From Syntrophales bacterium (GTDB taxonomy: Bacteria > Desulfobacterota > Syntrophia > Syntrophales > UBA2210): 64,000 nt of DNA. Each line of letters begins with the position of its first letter. Within the stretch, counting starts at the first letter, position 1. Under the pieces are notes generated by a model. That model did no database searches and was not told the origin of the DNA. It worked only from the letters and a program-made list of their open reading frames with translations. Below are positions 26,192 to 37,474 of this stretch, in pieces. The translations under genes were made by a program, and so were the position numbers. The stretch is from the NCBI GenBank assembly GCA_963666365.2, contig CAXXNF010000001.1:1216001-1280000 (forward strand), written 5' to 3'.

Positions 26192-28558
26192 TCAACTCGC
26201 GACTATCTCCAGGATAGCCAGGGCAACCTCCTTGGCCATCGGTCCCACTTCCAGGGTCGGGCCGACACAGGTGGGACACCCGTGGGTGCAGGGGCAGCTC
26301 TTGATGAGACCTCGCGCCGATTCGACAAGTCGGTCGTGGGACTCGAAAAGCAGCTCCGAAAAACCTATCCCGCCGGGATAGGCATCAAAAATAAACACGG
26401 TGGGATCGAAATCGTCAACCCCCACGGAACCCTCTCCGGGTCGTGGCGCAACACCCGCCGCGAGAGACCGTCGCCCTCCCCCCCTCTGGACAAACCATTC
26501 ACCCGATTTATCGCCGATACATCGGTCGAGATCACGAATGTCGGCCATAAGCAGCATGGCGGCCAAATGGTGGAGTCCGTAGGCGAGACCGTTCATGCCG
26601 TCGATGATATCGGCCTGCGTAAAGGGGAGCCGCGCCAGATCATCACGGGGAACGGTAAACCAGTAGCTGGTGGTGTGCATGTCCTTTTCGGGCAGTGTCA
26701 CCTCACCGTAGCCGACATTTTCGGCGGTATAGAACTTTATCTTTTTGTAGCCCACCACCTTGCGCACCACTTGGACCTCGCCGTGTTCGACGATGACCCG
26801 CCTACGGCGTTCCGCCTGGAAGGCATCGATCACCCGGACATTGGTGTAGGTCATGGCGTCGGTGAAATAATCCACCTCCACCTTTCGCACGTAGGCCTTC
26901 TTCCGTTCCAGATCCAGCATATCCACATGGTACTGCTGCGATTCCACCATATAGATCGCCTCATCGTGCACCGTGGTGTAGGCGCTGTCCCAGTCCACCT
27001 CGGCAATCACCCGGTGGTTGCCCCGATCCGTCGTATCGACTACCACCACATTTTCCGGGTTTATGCTGCGCAGGCTCACTTCGTCGGCGGGATAGCTTTC
27101 GGCGGCCCAGTGCCATCGGTCATCCACCCGATGGAGCACCCCCTTTTCCTCCAGATAGTCCAGCAGTTCCTCGATCGGTTCGGCGCCGAACCTTTCCCCT
27201 CTCTGGAAAGGAAGTTCAAAGGCAGCGCTTTTCAGATGGTGGAGCAGGATGAGCAGATTATCGGGATTGACGCGGCAATGTTCCGGTGATTGCGAAAAGA
27301 AGTAGTCCGGATTTTCCGCCAGGTACTGATCCATGGGATTGCTCCGGGCAATCAGCACGGCGAGACTGTGCCCCATCCGGCGGCCTGCTCTTCCCGCCTG
27401 CTGCCAGGTGCTTGCCACGGACCCCGGATATCCCGCCATGATGCAGGCCTCCAGATCGCCGATGTCGATGCCCAGTTCCAGCGCATTGGTGCTGACCACT
27501 CCCATTACCTCCCGTTCTCTCAGGCCGCGCTCGATCCGGCGCCGCAGATTCGGCAGATAGCCGCCGCGGTAACCCGTCACGAACTGACCGTCTACGGGCC
27601 CTTTCTTGCGAAAAAGATCCTTAAGATACTTGGTGAGAATCTCCACATTGAGACGGCTCGTGGTAAACACAATTGTCTGGATGCCGTTTCCGATAAGTTC
27701 CGAGGCCATTTTCCGCGCCGGCGTGAGTGCAGACTGACGGATGCCCAGTTCCCGGTTCACAATAGGGGGGTTATAGAGTATGAAGGTTCGTCTCCCCCGG
27801 GGCGCACCGCTTTTGTCAATGCACTCCACCGGTCGTTCAAGGAGTCGTTCGGCGTGTTCCCGGGGATTGGCCACGGTAGCGGAACAGCAGATGAAGAGCG
27901 GATCTGCGCCATAGAACCGGCAGATGCGCACAAGTCTCCTCATTACATTAGTGAAATGGCTGCCGAAGACGCCACGGTACACATGGAGCTCGTCGATCAC
28001 GACATAGCGAAGATTTGCAAACAGTTTCTGCCATTTGGTGTGGTGGGGCAAAATACCGGCGTGGAGCATATCGGGATTCGTCACCACTACATGCCCCTGC
28101 TTGCGTATCGCCTGACGGGCATCGTCGGGGGTATCGCCGTCGTAGGTGTAGGTTCTGATATCAACGCCCAGTGCGCCGATCAATCCGTGTATCTCATACA
28201 TCTGGTCCTGGGCCAGCGCCTTGGTCGGAAAGAGGTAGAGGGCCCTCACGGCCGGTTCCTCGAGAATTTTCTGTACTACGGGGATGGTATAGCACAGGGT
28301 TTTTCCGCTTGCCGTAGGGGTCACCAGAACGAGATCGTTCCCTTGACGCACGCACTCAATTGCCTCGCCCTGATGACTGTAAAGCTGATGGACACCTCTC
28401 GCCTCCAGGGCGGACCGGAGACGGGGGTCAACCCACTCAGGATAGGGAACGAAACTCCCTTCGTCGGCGGGAATGTATTTCAAGGCCCTGATGTTTTCCG
28501 AAAAGCGCCGCTCGCCCTCTTTTCGGGCCAGCCACTCATCCATGGTCAGCTTCGCCAT
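26192..28558 (-). CDS. mrfA: SF2 DEAD/DEAH helicase with DUF1998 zinc domain (MrfA/YprA/Hrq1-like)
   Basis: LYSHQ, PTASGKT, DELH, SAT, ALELGIDIG, QQAGRAGR, D..PGGIG and CPC..GCP.C. Confidence 0.92.
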   Translation of the reverse strand: MAKLTMDEWLARKEGERRFSENIRALKYIPADEGSFVPYPEWVDPRLRSALEARGVHQLYSHQGEAIECVRQGNDLVLVTPTASGKTLCYTIPVVQKILEEPAVRALYLFPTKALAQDQMYEIHGLIGALGVDIRTYTYDGDTPDDARQAIRKQGHVVVTNPDMLHAGILPHHTKWQKLFANLRYVVIDELHVYRGVFGSHFTNVMRRLVRICRFYGADPLFICCSATVANPREHAERLLERPVECIDKSGAPRGRRTFILYNPPIVNRELGIRQSALTPARKMASELIGNGIQTIVFTTSRLNVEILTKYLKDLFRKKGPVDGQFVTGYRGGYLPNLRRRIERGLREREVMGVVSTNALELGIDIGDLEACIMAGYPGSVASTWQQAGRAGRRMGHSLAVLIARSNPMDQYLAENPDYFFSQSPEHCRVNPDNLLILLHHLKSAAFELPFQRGERFGAEPIEELLDYLEEKGVLHRVDDRWHWAAESYPADEVSLRSINPENVVVVDTTDRGNHRVIAEVDWDSAYTTVHDEAIYMVESQQYHVDMLDLERKKAYVRKVEVDYFTDAMTYTNVRVIDAFQAERRRRVIVEHGEVQVVRKVVGYKKIKFYTAENVGYGEVTLPEKDMHTTSYWFTVPRDDLARLPFTQADIIDGMNGLAYGLHHLAAMLLMADIRDLDRCIGDKSGEWFVQRGGGRRSLAAGVAPRPGEGSVGVDDFDPTVFIFDAYPGGIGFSELLFESHDRLVESARGLIKSCPCTHGCPTCVGPTLEVGPMAKEVALAILEIVAS

Positions 28559-28626
28559 TTTCTCCTCGCCCGCACAGGGAATGAATTGAAGGGGTACGCC
28601 CGGGTGTTCCTTGTTCTTCAGGGCTG

Positions 28627-28655
28627 AGTATATGAGGGTGGCAGGGGCCTGTCAA
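28627..28655 (-). promoter_or_regulatory. Sigma70-type promoter of the mrfAB-like operon
   Basis: Minus strand TTGACA-N17-TATACT about 70 nt upstream of the helicase start. Confidence 0.7.
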
Positions 28656-28694
28656 GCTCTGTTCGCAGCCCCGGGAAGACAGGCGCATACCGAA

Positions 28695-28746
28695 GGAAAA
28701 AACAACCCTGCGCAGGGTTGTTATCATTCCACACCCTGCGCAGGGT
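28695..28746 (-). terminator. Two ACCCTGCGCAGGGT palindromes; probable terminator of the substrate-binding protein gene
   Basis: A perfect 22-bp palindrome at 28701-28722 is followed by a T-run on the minus strand. A second 14-bp copy lies at 28733-28746. Confidence 0.55.
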
Positions 28747-28853
28747 TTCTCGCACAGATACTATTTTTTCGCATACAGGAGACATACCGGACGGGGATAA
28801 TTTCTTCCTGCCCCGGTGTATGCGTATACCCGGAGTCCTTTCTTGTGACTCCT

Positions 28854-30215
28854 CTACTTCGTGACCCTGCCTTTCAGACCCGGATCGAGGGGCGCCTGGC
28901 AGAACTCGGGTGGAATGACGGTAACGGCGCCGCAATAGGCGGCATCTTCCTGGAACTTATTGGGAAACTCGTATACCGTGGCAAAGAGTTCCTGAATGAT
29001 CTGATGATCGTCGGCGCGCATCTTCATTATTCCGCCCGTAATTACCCTGAATTGGTCACCTTCCCAGGTTTCGATAACCTTATCCGCATCGGTGGTGCCA
29101 GCCCGTTCTATGACACTGTAGAGCCAGTAGTTCGAATTGATTGTCTGCCCGTACACTGTGCCGGGCCATTTGTACTGCACTGTATTGTAGGGATGGGTCC
29201 ACCCTTTCCAGGATTCGTGAAAGAGCTTCACAAAGGCGTTGTTGCTGGGCCTGTCGAGACTTATGGTATAGTCGAACACATTGACGCAGCCCACGCCCGC
29301 CGGACCGCCGATTGCTTTATAGGCGGTTGCGTCAGTCACATAAATGTTTGCAACGGGGAGATTCACCCCAAGCTGGCGAGTTGTCTTCAGCAGGTTTTCC
29401 GCATCTGGTTTCCAGTCGCCCGTAAAGATCACTTCGGCATCGGAGGCGGTGATTTTGGTCACATAGGGAGCGAAATCCTTCAGGAAGAGGGGATGAAACG
29501 ATTCGCCGACAATCGTCGCATCGGGAACATATTTCTTTAATCCGTCCTTGAATTGTTCGGCAAGGTCGTGACCAAAGCTGTAATCCTGGTTCAGGATATA
29601 AAATTTTCGCTCCGGACGCGTTTTAAAATAATATGCCATCGCATGGGCAAACTGTGTCGAAGTAAGGCAGGGGCGGAAGGTATAGCGGTTGAAATTATCC
29701 GCATTCATCGTACTCTCGGACTGGCTGTGGGGATTCACATAGACGGTCTTATACTTTTTGGCCACATTCTGCGTAATAAGGCAGAGATGGCTTCCCGAGT
29801 TTCCCCAGAGGAGATCGACTTTGTCTTCCAGGCAGAGCTTTTCGCTTACTTTTTTGGTCTGGGCTGCCTTGCCCTGATTGTCTCCCTTGACGATTTCGAT
29901 CATCTTCCGCTTGCCGTCGACCATGACCCCGCCACGTGCGTTAAGATCGTAGGCGACAAAAGCATTTGTCATCCAGTAGATCTGGCCGTTCCCCGCCGCA
30001 GGCCCCGAAAATGCATCGATAAGACCGACCTTAATGGTGTCCACGCCACTTGGATTTTCATAGGTGGCAGGATTAAACTTTGTCATATCGGAAATCTTAC
30101 TGACATCCACTCCCGGCACATCCGCATTGGCAGCCATAATGCCGCAACAGAACACTAGCGCAACAGTCAGGCACCATGCCGCCATAACTCTGGAAAAGCG
30201 AACCTCACGCATCAT
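28854..30215 (-). CDS. ABC transporter substrate-binding protein (LivJ/K-like), orphan
   Basis: Signal peptide, IKVGL..FSGPAA..G, NRYTFR, QDYSFGH, HPLF.KDFAPY and MRA.DHQ. Confidence 0.9.
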   Translation of the reverse strand: MMREVRFSRVMAAWCLTVALVFCCGIMAANADVPGVDVSKISDMTKFNPATYENPSGVDTIKVGLIDAFSGPAAGNGQIYWMTNAFVAYDLNARGGVMVDGKRKMIEIVKGDNQGKAAQTKKVSEKLCLEDKVDLLWGNSGSHLCLITQNVAKKYKTVYVNPHSQSESTMNADNFNRYTFRPCLTSTQFAHAMAYYFKTRPERKFYILNQDYSFGHDLAEQFKDGLKKYVPDATIVGESFHPLFLKDFAPYVTKITASDAEVIFTGDWKPDAENLLKTTRQLGVNLPVANIYVTDATAYKAIGGPAGVGCVNVFDYTISLDRPSNNAFVKLFHESWKGWTHPYNTVQYKWPGTVYGQTINSNYWLYSVIERAGTTDADKVIETWEGDQFRVITGGIMKMRADDHQIIQELFATVYEFPNKFQEDAAYCGAVTVIPPEFCQAPLDPGLKGRVTK

Positions 30216-30359
30216 CCTATCCTCCTTTGTCTTTTGTTAGTGTAATGAATTATTAATGATGAAGAATCCCTCATGTACTCCAATAGCGCACTAGAGCATA
30301 AGAACATGGATTAAGGAATATGAGATAATTACCTGCACAATGGGAGCTCAATGCTACCA

Positions 30360-31226
30360 TTACGCCAGTGACAGGAGATAGGATCGCAGATTCACGCCCC
30401 GATTTTGCAGTCCCAGCTTCCGTCGGATATGTTTTCGATGAAATGCAACGGCGTGAGGGCTTACTCCCAGAATAGAAGAAATTTCCTCTGTCGGTTTTCC
30501 CTCCCTCACAAGACCGGCGATCAACAACTGCTTGGGGGTAAGCGCCGCATTGAGATTTTTCATTCTTCGCACAAGGGGGAGTGCAATATTCTTAAGATTC
30601 TGCTCAATGACGTCTAACTGCAAGAGAATGTGTTCATCCCTAAGATTGGCTTTCAGAAACTCGATTGAGGGAACGATTAATTCCCATATATTTGAGATGA
30701 ACTGCTCCTCGGCCTCATTCTTGTCTGCTTCGATTTGCTGCAGGAACGCCTTCAGCGCGGTGTTGGTATCTTCAAGCGTTTCGGTGCGTTTTTGTAACTC
30801 CTGTTCCACCAGTTTCTGCTGCGTGATATCCCGAATGGACTCTACCGCACCCACCACGTTTCCGCGAGTGTCGTAAAATACATTCGCTTTTGCCCAGAGA
30901 TAAAGCTTCTTCTTGGTAAAAAATCTGTCAATTTCGGCAACCAGTACATCCCGGGATTTTTCTATGAAGCGATAATGACAATTTTCCGTCGTCGGAAGGT
31001 TCCGGGACAGCACATAATCGATGAGCATGGGCCTTTTTTTCTCGTAAAAGGGAATCGCGTATTCATAGTCGCCCTTGCCCAGCATATCCTCTGCGCTCAC
31101 ATCGACAAGCGACTCCATGGCTCTGTTCCAGACAATCACGGTTCCCTCGCGGTCTACGGCAAAGACGGGATCATGCATTCCATTGATGATGTTCCTCATG
31201 AGAGGTTCAGCGTCTTTGATGATCAT
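30360..31226 (-). CDS. PAS plus LuxR-HTH transcriptional regulator
   Basis: PAS (D..G....WN.AME, MLGKGDYEY, GAVESIRDIT), a coiled linker and HTH LTP....IA.L...GK.T.EI....HR..IR.KLG. The start is uncertain. Confidence 0.88.
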   Translation of the reverse strand: MIIKDAEPLMRNIINGMHDPVFAVDREGTVIVWNRAMESLVDVSAEDMLGKGDYEYAIPFYEKKRPMLIDYVLSRNLPTTENCHYRFIEKSRDVLVAEIDRFFTKKKLYLWAKANVFYDTRGNVVGAVESIRDITQQKLVEQELQKRTETLEDTNTALKAFLQQIEADKNEAEEQFISNIWELIVPSIEFLKANLRDEHILLQLDVIEQNLKNIALPLVRRMKNLNAALTPKQLLIAGLVREGKPTEEISSILGVSPHAVAFHRKHIRRKLGLQNRGVNLRSYLLSLA

Positions 31227-31699
31227 TGATGCCCTTTCAATATTTCCCTGGTGATGCGGAACAAAAAAGGCCCTGGTGCACCGGTACTGCCGACCTCTTA
31301 CTAGTGTTCCGCTGTTGCCCGACAATAGATCATCTTTGATTCACGAGGTATGACTTGGATAGTATGGGATCTGAAATCACTACCTGTCAAGAAATTTTTA
31401 CGGGCCGTCACATCCCCGGGAGTACAATATTCACAAAACTCCTATATGCCCTCAGCTTTTTCCCTGAAAGTCTTTCAGGTTTTTTCACCTATGAATTCAA
31501 ATATCTCCCGATAGTTCTCTTTCGAAGAGAAGTGTACAAGGGCATTGACAGAATGATTACAGGGTAATTGACGCTCCGAGACATTTGCATAATTTCCTTT
31601 TCTGTTATTCCGGCACTGCCCGGGATCCCGGGAGTATCTGAAAAACCGGATACCTCCAGGGAAGGAATCGAAGCGATTTAAAAAGAGGGAGACGCTGCA

Positions 31700-33349
31700 A
31701 TGGAAGAAAAGATTTACCAGCCGGGGGAATGTTATGATTATCAGTTAACGCTGGACAAGCTGCTCATTACGCCGATTATCTACTCGCCGGATCAGGAAAT
31801 CCTGTATCGCGACAAAAGCAGATACACCTATCGAACATTCTATGAGCGGATTCACCGGGAGGCGAGCGGTCTTGAAAAGCTGGGGGTAAAAAAGGGCGAT
31901 ACGGTCTGTGTGTTCGACTATGACAGCCCCCGTTTTCTGGAAACCTATTTTGCCGTCCCCATGATGGGGGCCGTTATGCACATGATGAACTGGCGCTCGT
32001 CGCCTGAACAGATTCTGTACATGATGAATCATGCCCAAGACACCGTCGTATTGATCCACGAAGATTTTCTGCCCATCCTTGAGGAAATATGGGATGAGCT
32101 CGCCACGGTAAAGAAGGTGGTGCTCTTTTCGGACAGCGGCGCTGCACCGGATACGACGATTCCCATCGATATTGAATATGAGGCCCTGGTCGCAAGGGGT
32201 TCGGCAGATTACACATTTCCTGAACTGAACGAAAACACCCCGGCCACTCTCTTCTACACCACAGGGACCACGGGACTTCCCAAGGGCGTTCATTTCGCCC
32301 ACAGGCAAATAGTGCTCCATGTAATGAGCGAAGCAATCATGACGGGAAGTTATCACTCCGACGGACGATTCCACTCCAACGACGTGTACATGCCCATCAC
32401 TCCCATGTTCCATGTGCACGCCTGGTGCTTTCCCTATGTCGCCACACTGCTGGGGGTAAAGCAGGTCTATCCCGGCAAATACGAACCGGAAATGCTGCTG
32501 AAACTGATTCGCGACGAGAAGGTCACCTTCTCGCACGGCGTCCCCACGGTGCTCCTCATGATTTTGTCTCATCCCCTGGCAAAGGAAGTGGACCTCAGCA
32601 ACTGGAAGGCCATTATCGGCGGTTCGCTCTTCCCAAAGGCCCTTGCAAAAATGGCCCTTGACATGGGCGCCCAGGTCTACGACGGATACGGCATGTCCGA
32701 GACCTGTCCCATTCTCTGCCTGGGAAACCTGAAGTCTCACATGATGGACTGGGATAATGACAGAAAGGCGGAAATAGTTACCAAAACCGGTCTCCCCATT
32801 CCGCTTACCGATCTCCGCATTATTGATGCCGAGGGGAAGTTCCTCCCCCATGACGGCAAGGCAGCCGGCGAACTGGTCGCACGCACGCCCTGGACTACGA
32901 AGTCCTACTGGAACGAGCCGGAAATGACGAAGGAACTGTGGAAGGATGGCTGGCTCCACACCAAGGATATCGCCGTTATTGATGAAGAAGGGTACGTCAA
33001 GGTGACGGACCGCCTGAAAGACGTAATCAAGACGGGCGGCGAATGGATCTCCTCTTTGGATCTGGAGAATTGCGCAAGCCAGCACGAGGCGGTACATGAG
33101 GCGGCGGCCGTGGGAATTCCCGACGAGAAGTGGGGAGAACGACCCGTCATCATGGCAACGCTGAAGGAAGAATACAGGGGAAAGGTCAGCCCCGACGAAT
33201 TAAAATTATTCATGAAGAAATTCGTTGAAGAGGGCGTGATTCCCAAATACGGCATGCCCGACAGGTTTGAACTGGTCGATGCCATCCCCAAAACCAGCGT
33301 AGGAAAATTCAATAAAATTGAAATCAGGAAAATCATGGCTGCTGCCTGA
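31700..33349 (+). CDS. Medium/long-chain fatty acid-CoA ligase (AMP-forming)
   Basis: YTTGTTGLPKG, PMFHVHAW, GYGMSET, DR.KDVIKTGGEWISS and KTSVGK. Confidence 0.93.
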   Translation: MEEKIYQPGECYDYQLTLDKLLITPIIYSPDQEILYRDKSRYTYRTFYERIHREASGLEKLGVKKGDTVCVFDYDSPRFLETYFAVPMMGAVMHMMNWRSSPEQILYMMNHAQDTVVLIHEDFLPILEEIWDELATVKKVVLFSDSGAAPDTTIPIDIEYEALVARGSADYTFPELNENTPATLFYTTGTTGLPKGVHFAHRQIVLHVMSEAIMTGSYHSDGRFHSNDVYMPITPMFHVHAWCFPYVATLLGVKQVYPGKYEPEMLLKLIRDEKVTFSHGVPTVLLMILSHPLAKEVDLSNWKAIIGGSLFPKALAKMALDMGAQVYDGYGMSETCPILCLGNLKSHMMDWDNDRKAEIVTKTGLPIPLTDLRIIDAEGKFLPHDGKAAGELVARTPWTTKSYWNEPEMTKELWKDGWLHTKDIAVIDEEGYVKVTDRLKDVIKTGGEWISSLDLENCASQHEAVHEAAAVGIPDEKWGERPVIMATLKEEYRGKVSPDELKLFMKKFVEEGVIPKYGMPDRFELVDAIPKTSVGKFNKIEIRKIMAAA

Positions 33350-33556
33350 GACCCTGTAAGGACGGGAATGACATTTGGGTGCAAGATTTTGTTATTCCCG
33401 TCTTTTTGTATCTTGAAGTCCTTATTCCCCCGTCCCTATTTGTCTTGTGATCAAAGCACATATTGCGTATAATGGCGACGCATTGAAAGAGCGGTGTGTT
33501 GTATGACCGGCTTTCGCGTTTCGACTGATTCGCAAAAAAACTGAAGGAATTGAAAA

Positions 33557-34447
33557 ATGAAAAGAGTGTTGCTGTTTCTGCTGACAAATATCGCCGTGCT
33601 CATTATTCTGAGTATTGTCTTGCGATTGTTGGGTGTTGACCGCATCCTGGACCAAAGCGGCACAGGTTTGAATTATTGGAATCTGCTGGTTTTTGCGGCC
33701 GTGTTCGGCTTCGGAGGATCTTTTATCTCATTGGCCATGTCCAAATGGATGGCAAAAAGGATCACAGGCGCCCAGGTTATCACCCAGCCGCGTTCCGCCC
33801 ATGAAATGTGGCTGGTGGACACGGTGAAAAAACAGGCGCAGATGGCGGGAATCGGGATGCCGGAGGTCGCTGTTTTTGACTCTCCCGCGCCCAACGCCTT
33901 TGCCACTGGAATGAACAGGAACAAAGCGCTGGTGGCTGTGAGCACCGGGCTCTTGCGCACCATGAATCGCGGGGAAGTCGAGGCGGTGCTCGCTCACGAA
34001 GTAAGCCACGCAGCAAACGGCGACATGATTACGCTGACGCTGATTCAGGGCGTTGTCAATACATTTGTCATCTTCATTTCGCGCGTTGTTGGTCATTTTG
34101 TTGATCGCGTGATTCTGAAAAATGAGGAAGGCCATGGCCTTGGCTTTTTCATCACCACCATCATCGCCCAAATCGTTTTCGGTATTCTGGCCAGCATCGT
34201 TGTTCTTTGGTTCAGCCGCGCACGTGAGTTTAGAGCGGATGCCGGCGGCGCAAAGCTGGCGGGCACATCCAATATGATCGCTGCACTGGAAAAACTCAAA
34301 AAAGGTGTCCAGGAGCCCCTGCCGGAACAGATGTCCGCATTCGGCATATCCGGAAAGCCCGCGAAGCACGGCCTGATGCTTCTCTTTATGAGCCACCCCC
34401 CCCTTGACGATCGCATCGAAGCGCTGAAACGCTTCGGCGGCATATAA
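33557..34447 (+). CDS. htpX: Membrane zinc protease HtpX
   Basis: [36 protein letters not shown] and SHPPL..RI. Confidence 0.96.
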   Translation: MKRVLLFLLTNIAVLIILSIVLRLLGVDRILDQSGTGLNYWNLLVFAAVFGFGGSFISLAMSKWMAKRITGAQVITQPRSAHEMWLVDTVKKQAQMAGIGMPEVAVFDSPAPNAFATGMNRNKALVAVSTGLLRTMNRGEVEAVLAHEVSHAANGDMITLTLIQGVVNTFVIFISRVVGHFVDRVILKNEEGHGLGFFITTIIAQIVFGILASIVVLWFSRAREFRADAGGAKLAGTSNMIAALEKLKKGVQEPLPEQMSAFGISGKPAKHGLMLLFMSHPPLDDRIEALKRFGGI

Positions 34448-34471
34448 AAACAGTCGGTCTGGAGCAAAACC

Positions 34472-35872
34472 ATGCACACATTAAGAGCCCGCACCTTGCG
34501 GGAACTCAAGAGCACAACAGCCCGCCTTCCCGGCGTCAGGGAAGAGATGCGGATCAATCTTATGAAAAGGCTCGCCAGCGGCGAACATCTGTTTCCGGGG
34601 CTTATCGGATACGATGACACGGTGATTCCCGGTCTCATCAACGCCCTCTTGTGCGGCCATAACATCATAATCCTGGGAGAGCGTGGACAGGGGAAAAGCC
34701 GGATCATACGGCAGATGATGGATTTTCTTGACGAAGAAATTCCCGTCATAGAAGGATGCCCCATCAATGACAATCCCTTTGCCCCGATTTGCAGGGACTG
34801 CCGAAGGAAGGCCGCCGAGATGGGCGATGATCTTCCCATCGACTACATCCCCCGTGAACAACGGCTGGTTGAAAAGCTGGCCACTTCCGATGTCAGCACC
34901 GCCGATCTGATCGGCGAGGTGGACCCGATTAAAATCGCCGAGGGAAGAACCCTCGATGATGAAACCTCGATCCACTTCGGCCTTGTCCCTCGGGCGAATC
35001 GGGGCATTTTCGCCGTCAACGAACTGCCCGATCTGGCGGAAAAACTGCAAGTGGCTTTTTTCAACGTCATGGAGGAAGGAGATTTTCAGATCAAGGGATT
35101 TCCTGTCAGGCTTCCCCTGGACATTCTGGTGATCGCCACAGCAAATCCCGAGGATTACACCAGCCGCGGCCGCATTATCACTCCTCTCAAAGACCGCTTC
35201 GATGTGCAGCTTCGCACCCACTACCCGAAAAAACGGGACGAAGAAATCGCCATTATGGAGCAGGAGGGGCGCATTCCTGCCCTTGATGGAATTTCCATGC
35301 ACATGCCCTCCTTTATAAAGGAAATTATTGCAGAAATAACGCTGATGGCGCGTCACAGTCCCGAGATAAGTCAGCATTCGGGCGTGAGCTGCCGTGTGTC
35401 CATTCGGGCCTTCGAGTCCATTATCGGAAGCGCCGTCGCACGCTGTCTGGAAACGGGAGAAACCCGTGCCGTGCCCCGTATCACCGACCTTGAGTCCACA
35501 TACCCCGCCATGAGAGGAAAGCTGGAACTGGAATATGAGGTGGACGAGGAGAAAATAGAACAGATACTGGAAAATTTGAAATCAAGGGCGCTCAAAACCG
35601 TCTTTGACGAGCGATTCTCCATTGAAGACCTCTCTTCAGTGGTCAACACCTTTTCAAACGGGATGTCCGCCGAAGTCTCCCGGTCGCTTCCGTCAAAGGA
35701 CTACCTCGATGGCTTTTCCGTGATACCCGGTTTGAAACAGGCGGTGGGAAGGGTTGCCGATCCTGACAGTCACCCCGAAGCGGCCTCTGCCATTGAATTC
35801 ATTCTTGAAGGACTGCACCTGTCAAACAAGCTCAACCGCGAAATCAAAGAGGGAAGGGCCGTATACCGATGA
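34472..35872 (+). CDS. ChlI/MoxR-related AAA+ ATPase
   Basis: Walker A GERGQGKS, GCPIND.P, Walker B variant FAVNELPDL, TANPEDYT.RG and PLKDRF. Confidence 0.85.
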   Translation: MHTLRARTLRELKSTTARLPGVREEMRINLMKRLASGEHLFPGLIGYDDTVIPGLINALLCGHNIIILGERGQGKSRIIRQMMDFLDEEIPVIEGCPINDNPFAPICRDCRRKAAEMGDDLPIDYIPREQRLVEKLATSDVSTADLIGEVDPIKIAEGRTLDDETSIHFGLVPRANRGIFAVNELPDLAEKLQVAFFNVMEEGDFQIKGFPVRLPLDILVIATANPEDYTSRGRIITPLKDRFDVQLRTHYPKKRDEEIAIMEQEGRIPALDGISMHMPSFIKEIIAEITLMARHSPEISQHSGVSCRVSIRAFESIIGSAVARCLETGETRAVPRITDLESTYPAMRGKLELEYEVDEEKIEQILENLKSRALKTVFDERFSIEDLSSVVNTFSNGMSAEVSRSLPSKDYLDGFSVIPGLKQAVGRVADPDSHPEAASAIEFILEGLHLSNKLNREIKEGRAVYR

Positions 35873-37461
35873 AAAAGTCCTTCGTCTATAAAAAATGGGA
35901 CGGCATGCAACATCCCTTTGACAGCAGGGAAAAAGAAATCGTCGATGCCTTCATGGAGAATATCCTGAAGGGGCTGTCGCCGGAAACATCGATGGCCGGC
36001 ATGTTCTGGGACGGATTTACTCTCGCCGGCATGGATTTCAGGGTGATGGGGCTCGAAGAGATGCTGGGCGAGCTGCAGGAGGCACAGGCGCAACTCTTCA
36101 ACCGGTACAGCCTGGATAAAATATTCGACCGCCCCCTGGAAGATATCAGGACGCTGCTGGAAAGAGAGAACAGCCTTCGGGAGGAAGAGGAAATGGAAGC
36201 GCTCCCTTCATACGGGGAGCTTCCCCGCGGTCTTCTTGAAAAGATTCGCTCTCTTGCCCAGGTATCCTTTATTGACGAGGAAAGTGAAGCGCTCTTTGAA
36301 TCATGGCGGTCGCGACAGCAGGAGATCGTCGACCTTTATGAATTTTACGGCGCCTGGGCGTCGAAATTCACCGGCGATGAATCGCTGGATTTCGATCAGG
36401 CAGTGGAACTGATGCGCCGGATGGAAGAACTCACCAGGCTTCAGCGAAAGTTGCAGATGGGAAGAATCGGTGAAATCGACCAGAAAGATATCCTCAACCT
36501 TTTAGGCGAGCATGCCGGCCGGTCCTTCAATATTCTTCTGCAACTTCCCCGCATCGTCAACGACGCGGGCATCGCCACCCTCGATCACAAGGGACTCCGC
36601 GTGACCCCCCGGGGAATGCGCCGCCTGGGGGAAATGGCCTTTGGCGGGCTGTACCGCCACATCAAGAGGGATGGGGCGGGCGACCATCGAGGAAATGCGC
36701 CGCTCGGAGGCGAAATCGAACCGGACACGTCACGACCTTATCAATACGGGGATCGGTTCGACCTTGACATTACAAAGACTGTCATAGAGGCGGTGACGCA
36801 CCGGAGAGGCGGTCGGGACGGCGTCACACTTGCCCCTCAGGATTTCTACGTGAGAGAGCGGGAAACCCAGGTGGTGTGCACCACCGTGGTGCTTCTGGAT
36901 CTTTCCTGGTCCATGGCCTGGGGAGGGCGGTTCGAAGCGGCGAAAAAGGTCGCCCTGGCGCTGGACCACTACATAAGAACCAGATTCCCCAATGATCGCC
37001 TTCACATTATCGGGTTCTCCACCCTGGCGCGTGAGTTGAGAGGCCGGGACCTTGCCCTGGCTGTCTGGGACAGTGAACGTCCCTTCACAAATCTGCAGGA
37101 CGGGCTTCGCCTTGCCATGAAAGTGATAAAAAAAAGCGGGGCGCGAAACAACAGGGTCATTGTCATTACCGATGGACAGCCGACCGCCTATTTCCGGGGG
37201 CCTCATCTCCATGTGGAACTGCCCAACGACAGCCTGGGCATAAGCCCCAGCGCCTGTAAAGCGACTCTGACGGAGATACGAAAGGTCACCGCCCAGGGGA
37301 TGCACATCGATACCTTCATGCTCGACACCAACCCGGCCTTAGTTGAATTTACGAGGGAACTTTCACGATTGAACGGCGGAAAGGCCGTCATATGCAGACC
37401 CGATACATTGGGAGAACTGATCCTGGTGGAGGAGATTCGACGACGGCGGGGCAGAATATAA
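35869..37461 (+). CDS. VWA-domain protein, partner of the upstream AAA+ ATPase
   Basis: MIDAS motif DLSWSM, TNLQ and ITDGQPTA. ATGA overlap with the AAA+ gene. Confidence 0.88.
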   Translation: MKKSFVYKKWDGMQHPFDSREKEIVDAFMENILKGLSPETSMAGMFWDGFTLAGMDFRVMGLEEMLGELQEAQAQLFNRYSLDKIFDRPLEDIRTLLERENSLREEEEMEALPSYGELPRGLLEKIRSLAQVSFIDEESEALFESWRSRQQEIVDLYEFYGAWASKFTGDESLDFDQAVELMRRMEELTRLQRKLQMGRIGEIDQKDILNLLGEHAGRSFNILLQLPRIVNDAGIATLDHKGLRVTPRGMRRLGEMAFGGLYRHIKRDGAGDHRGNAPLGGEIEPDTSRPYQYGDRFDLDITKTVIEAVTHRRGGRDGVTLAPQDFYVRERETQVVCTTVVLLDLSWSMAWGGRFEAAKKVALALDHYIRTRFPNDRLHIIGFSTLARELRGRDLALAVWDSERPFTNLQDGLRLAMKVIKKSGARNNRVIVITDGQPTAYFRGPHLHVELPNDSLGISPSACKATLTEIRKVTAQGMHIDTFMLDTNPALVEFTRELSRLNGGKAVICRPDTLGELILVEEIRRRRGRI

Positions 37462-37474
37462 CAAGGAGACGCAT

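Noticed and set aside
26192..28558. DISARM/Druantia-type defence helicase
   Set aside because: The partner is a YprB-like exonuclease, and no methylase or other defence gene is adjacent. This matches MrfAB-type repair.
26282..28627. Long antisense ORFs (e.g. 26282-27289, 27290-28627, 31745-33097, 49779-50981, 58988-60361)
   Set aside because: They are shadows opposite well-supported genes, have no recognisable motifs, and are expected from codon bias in GC-rich DNA.
34472..37461. Magnesium/cobalt chelatase
   Set aside because: There is no large ChlH/CobN subunit or tetrapyrrole gene nearby. An AAA+/VWA chaperone pair fits better.
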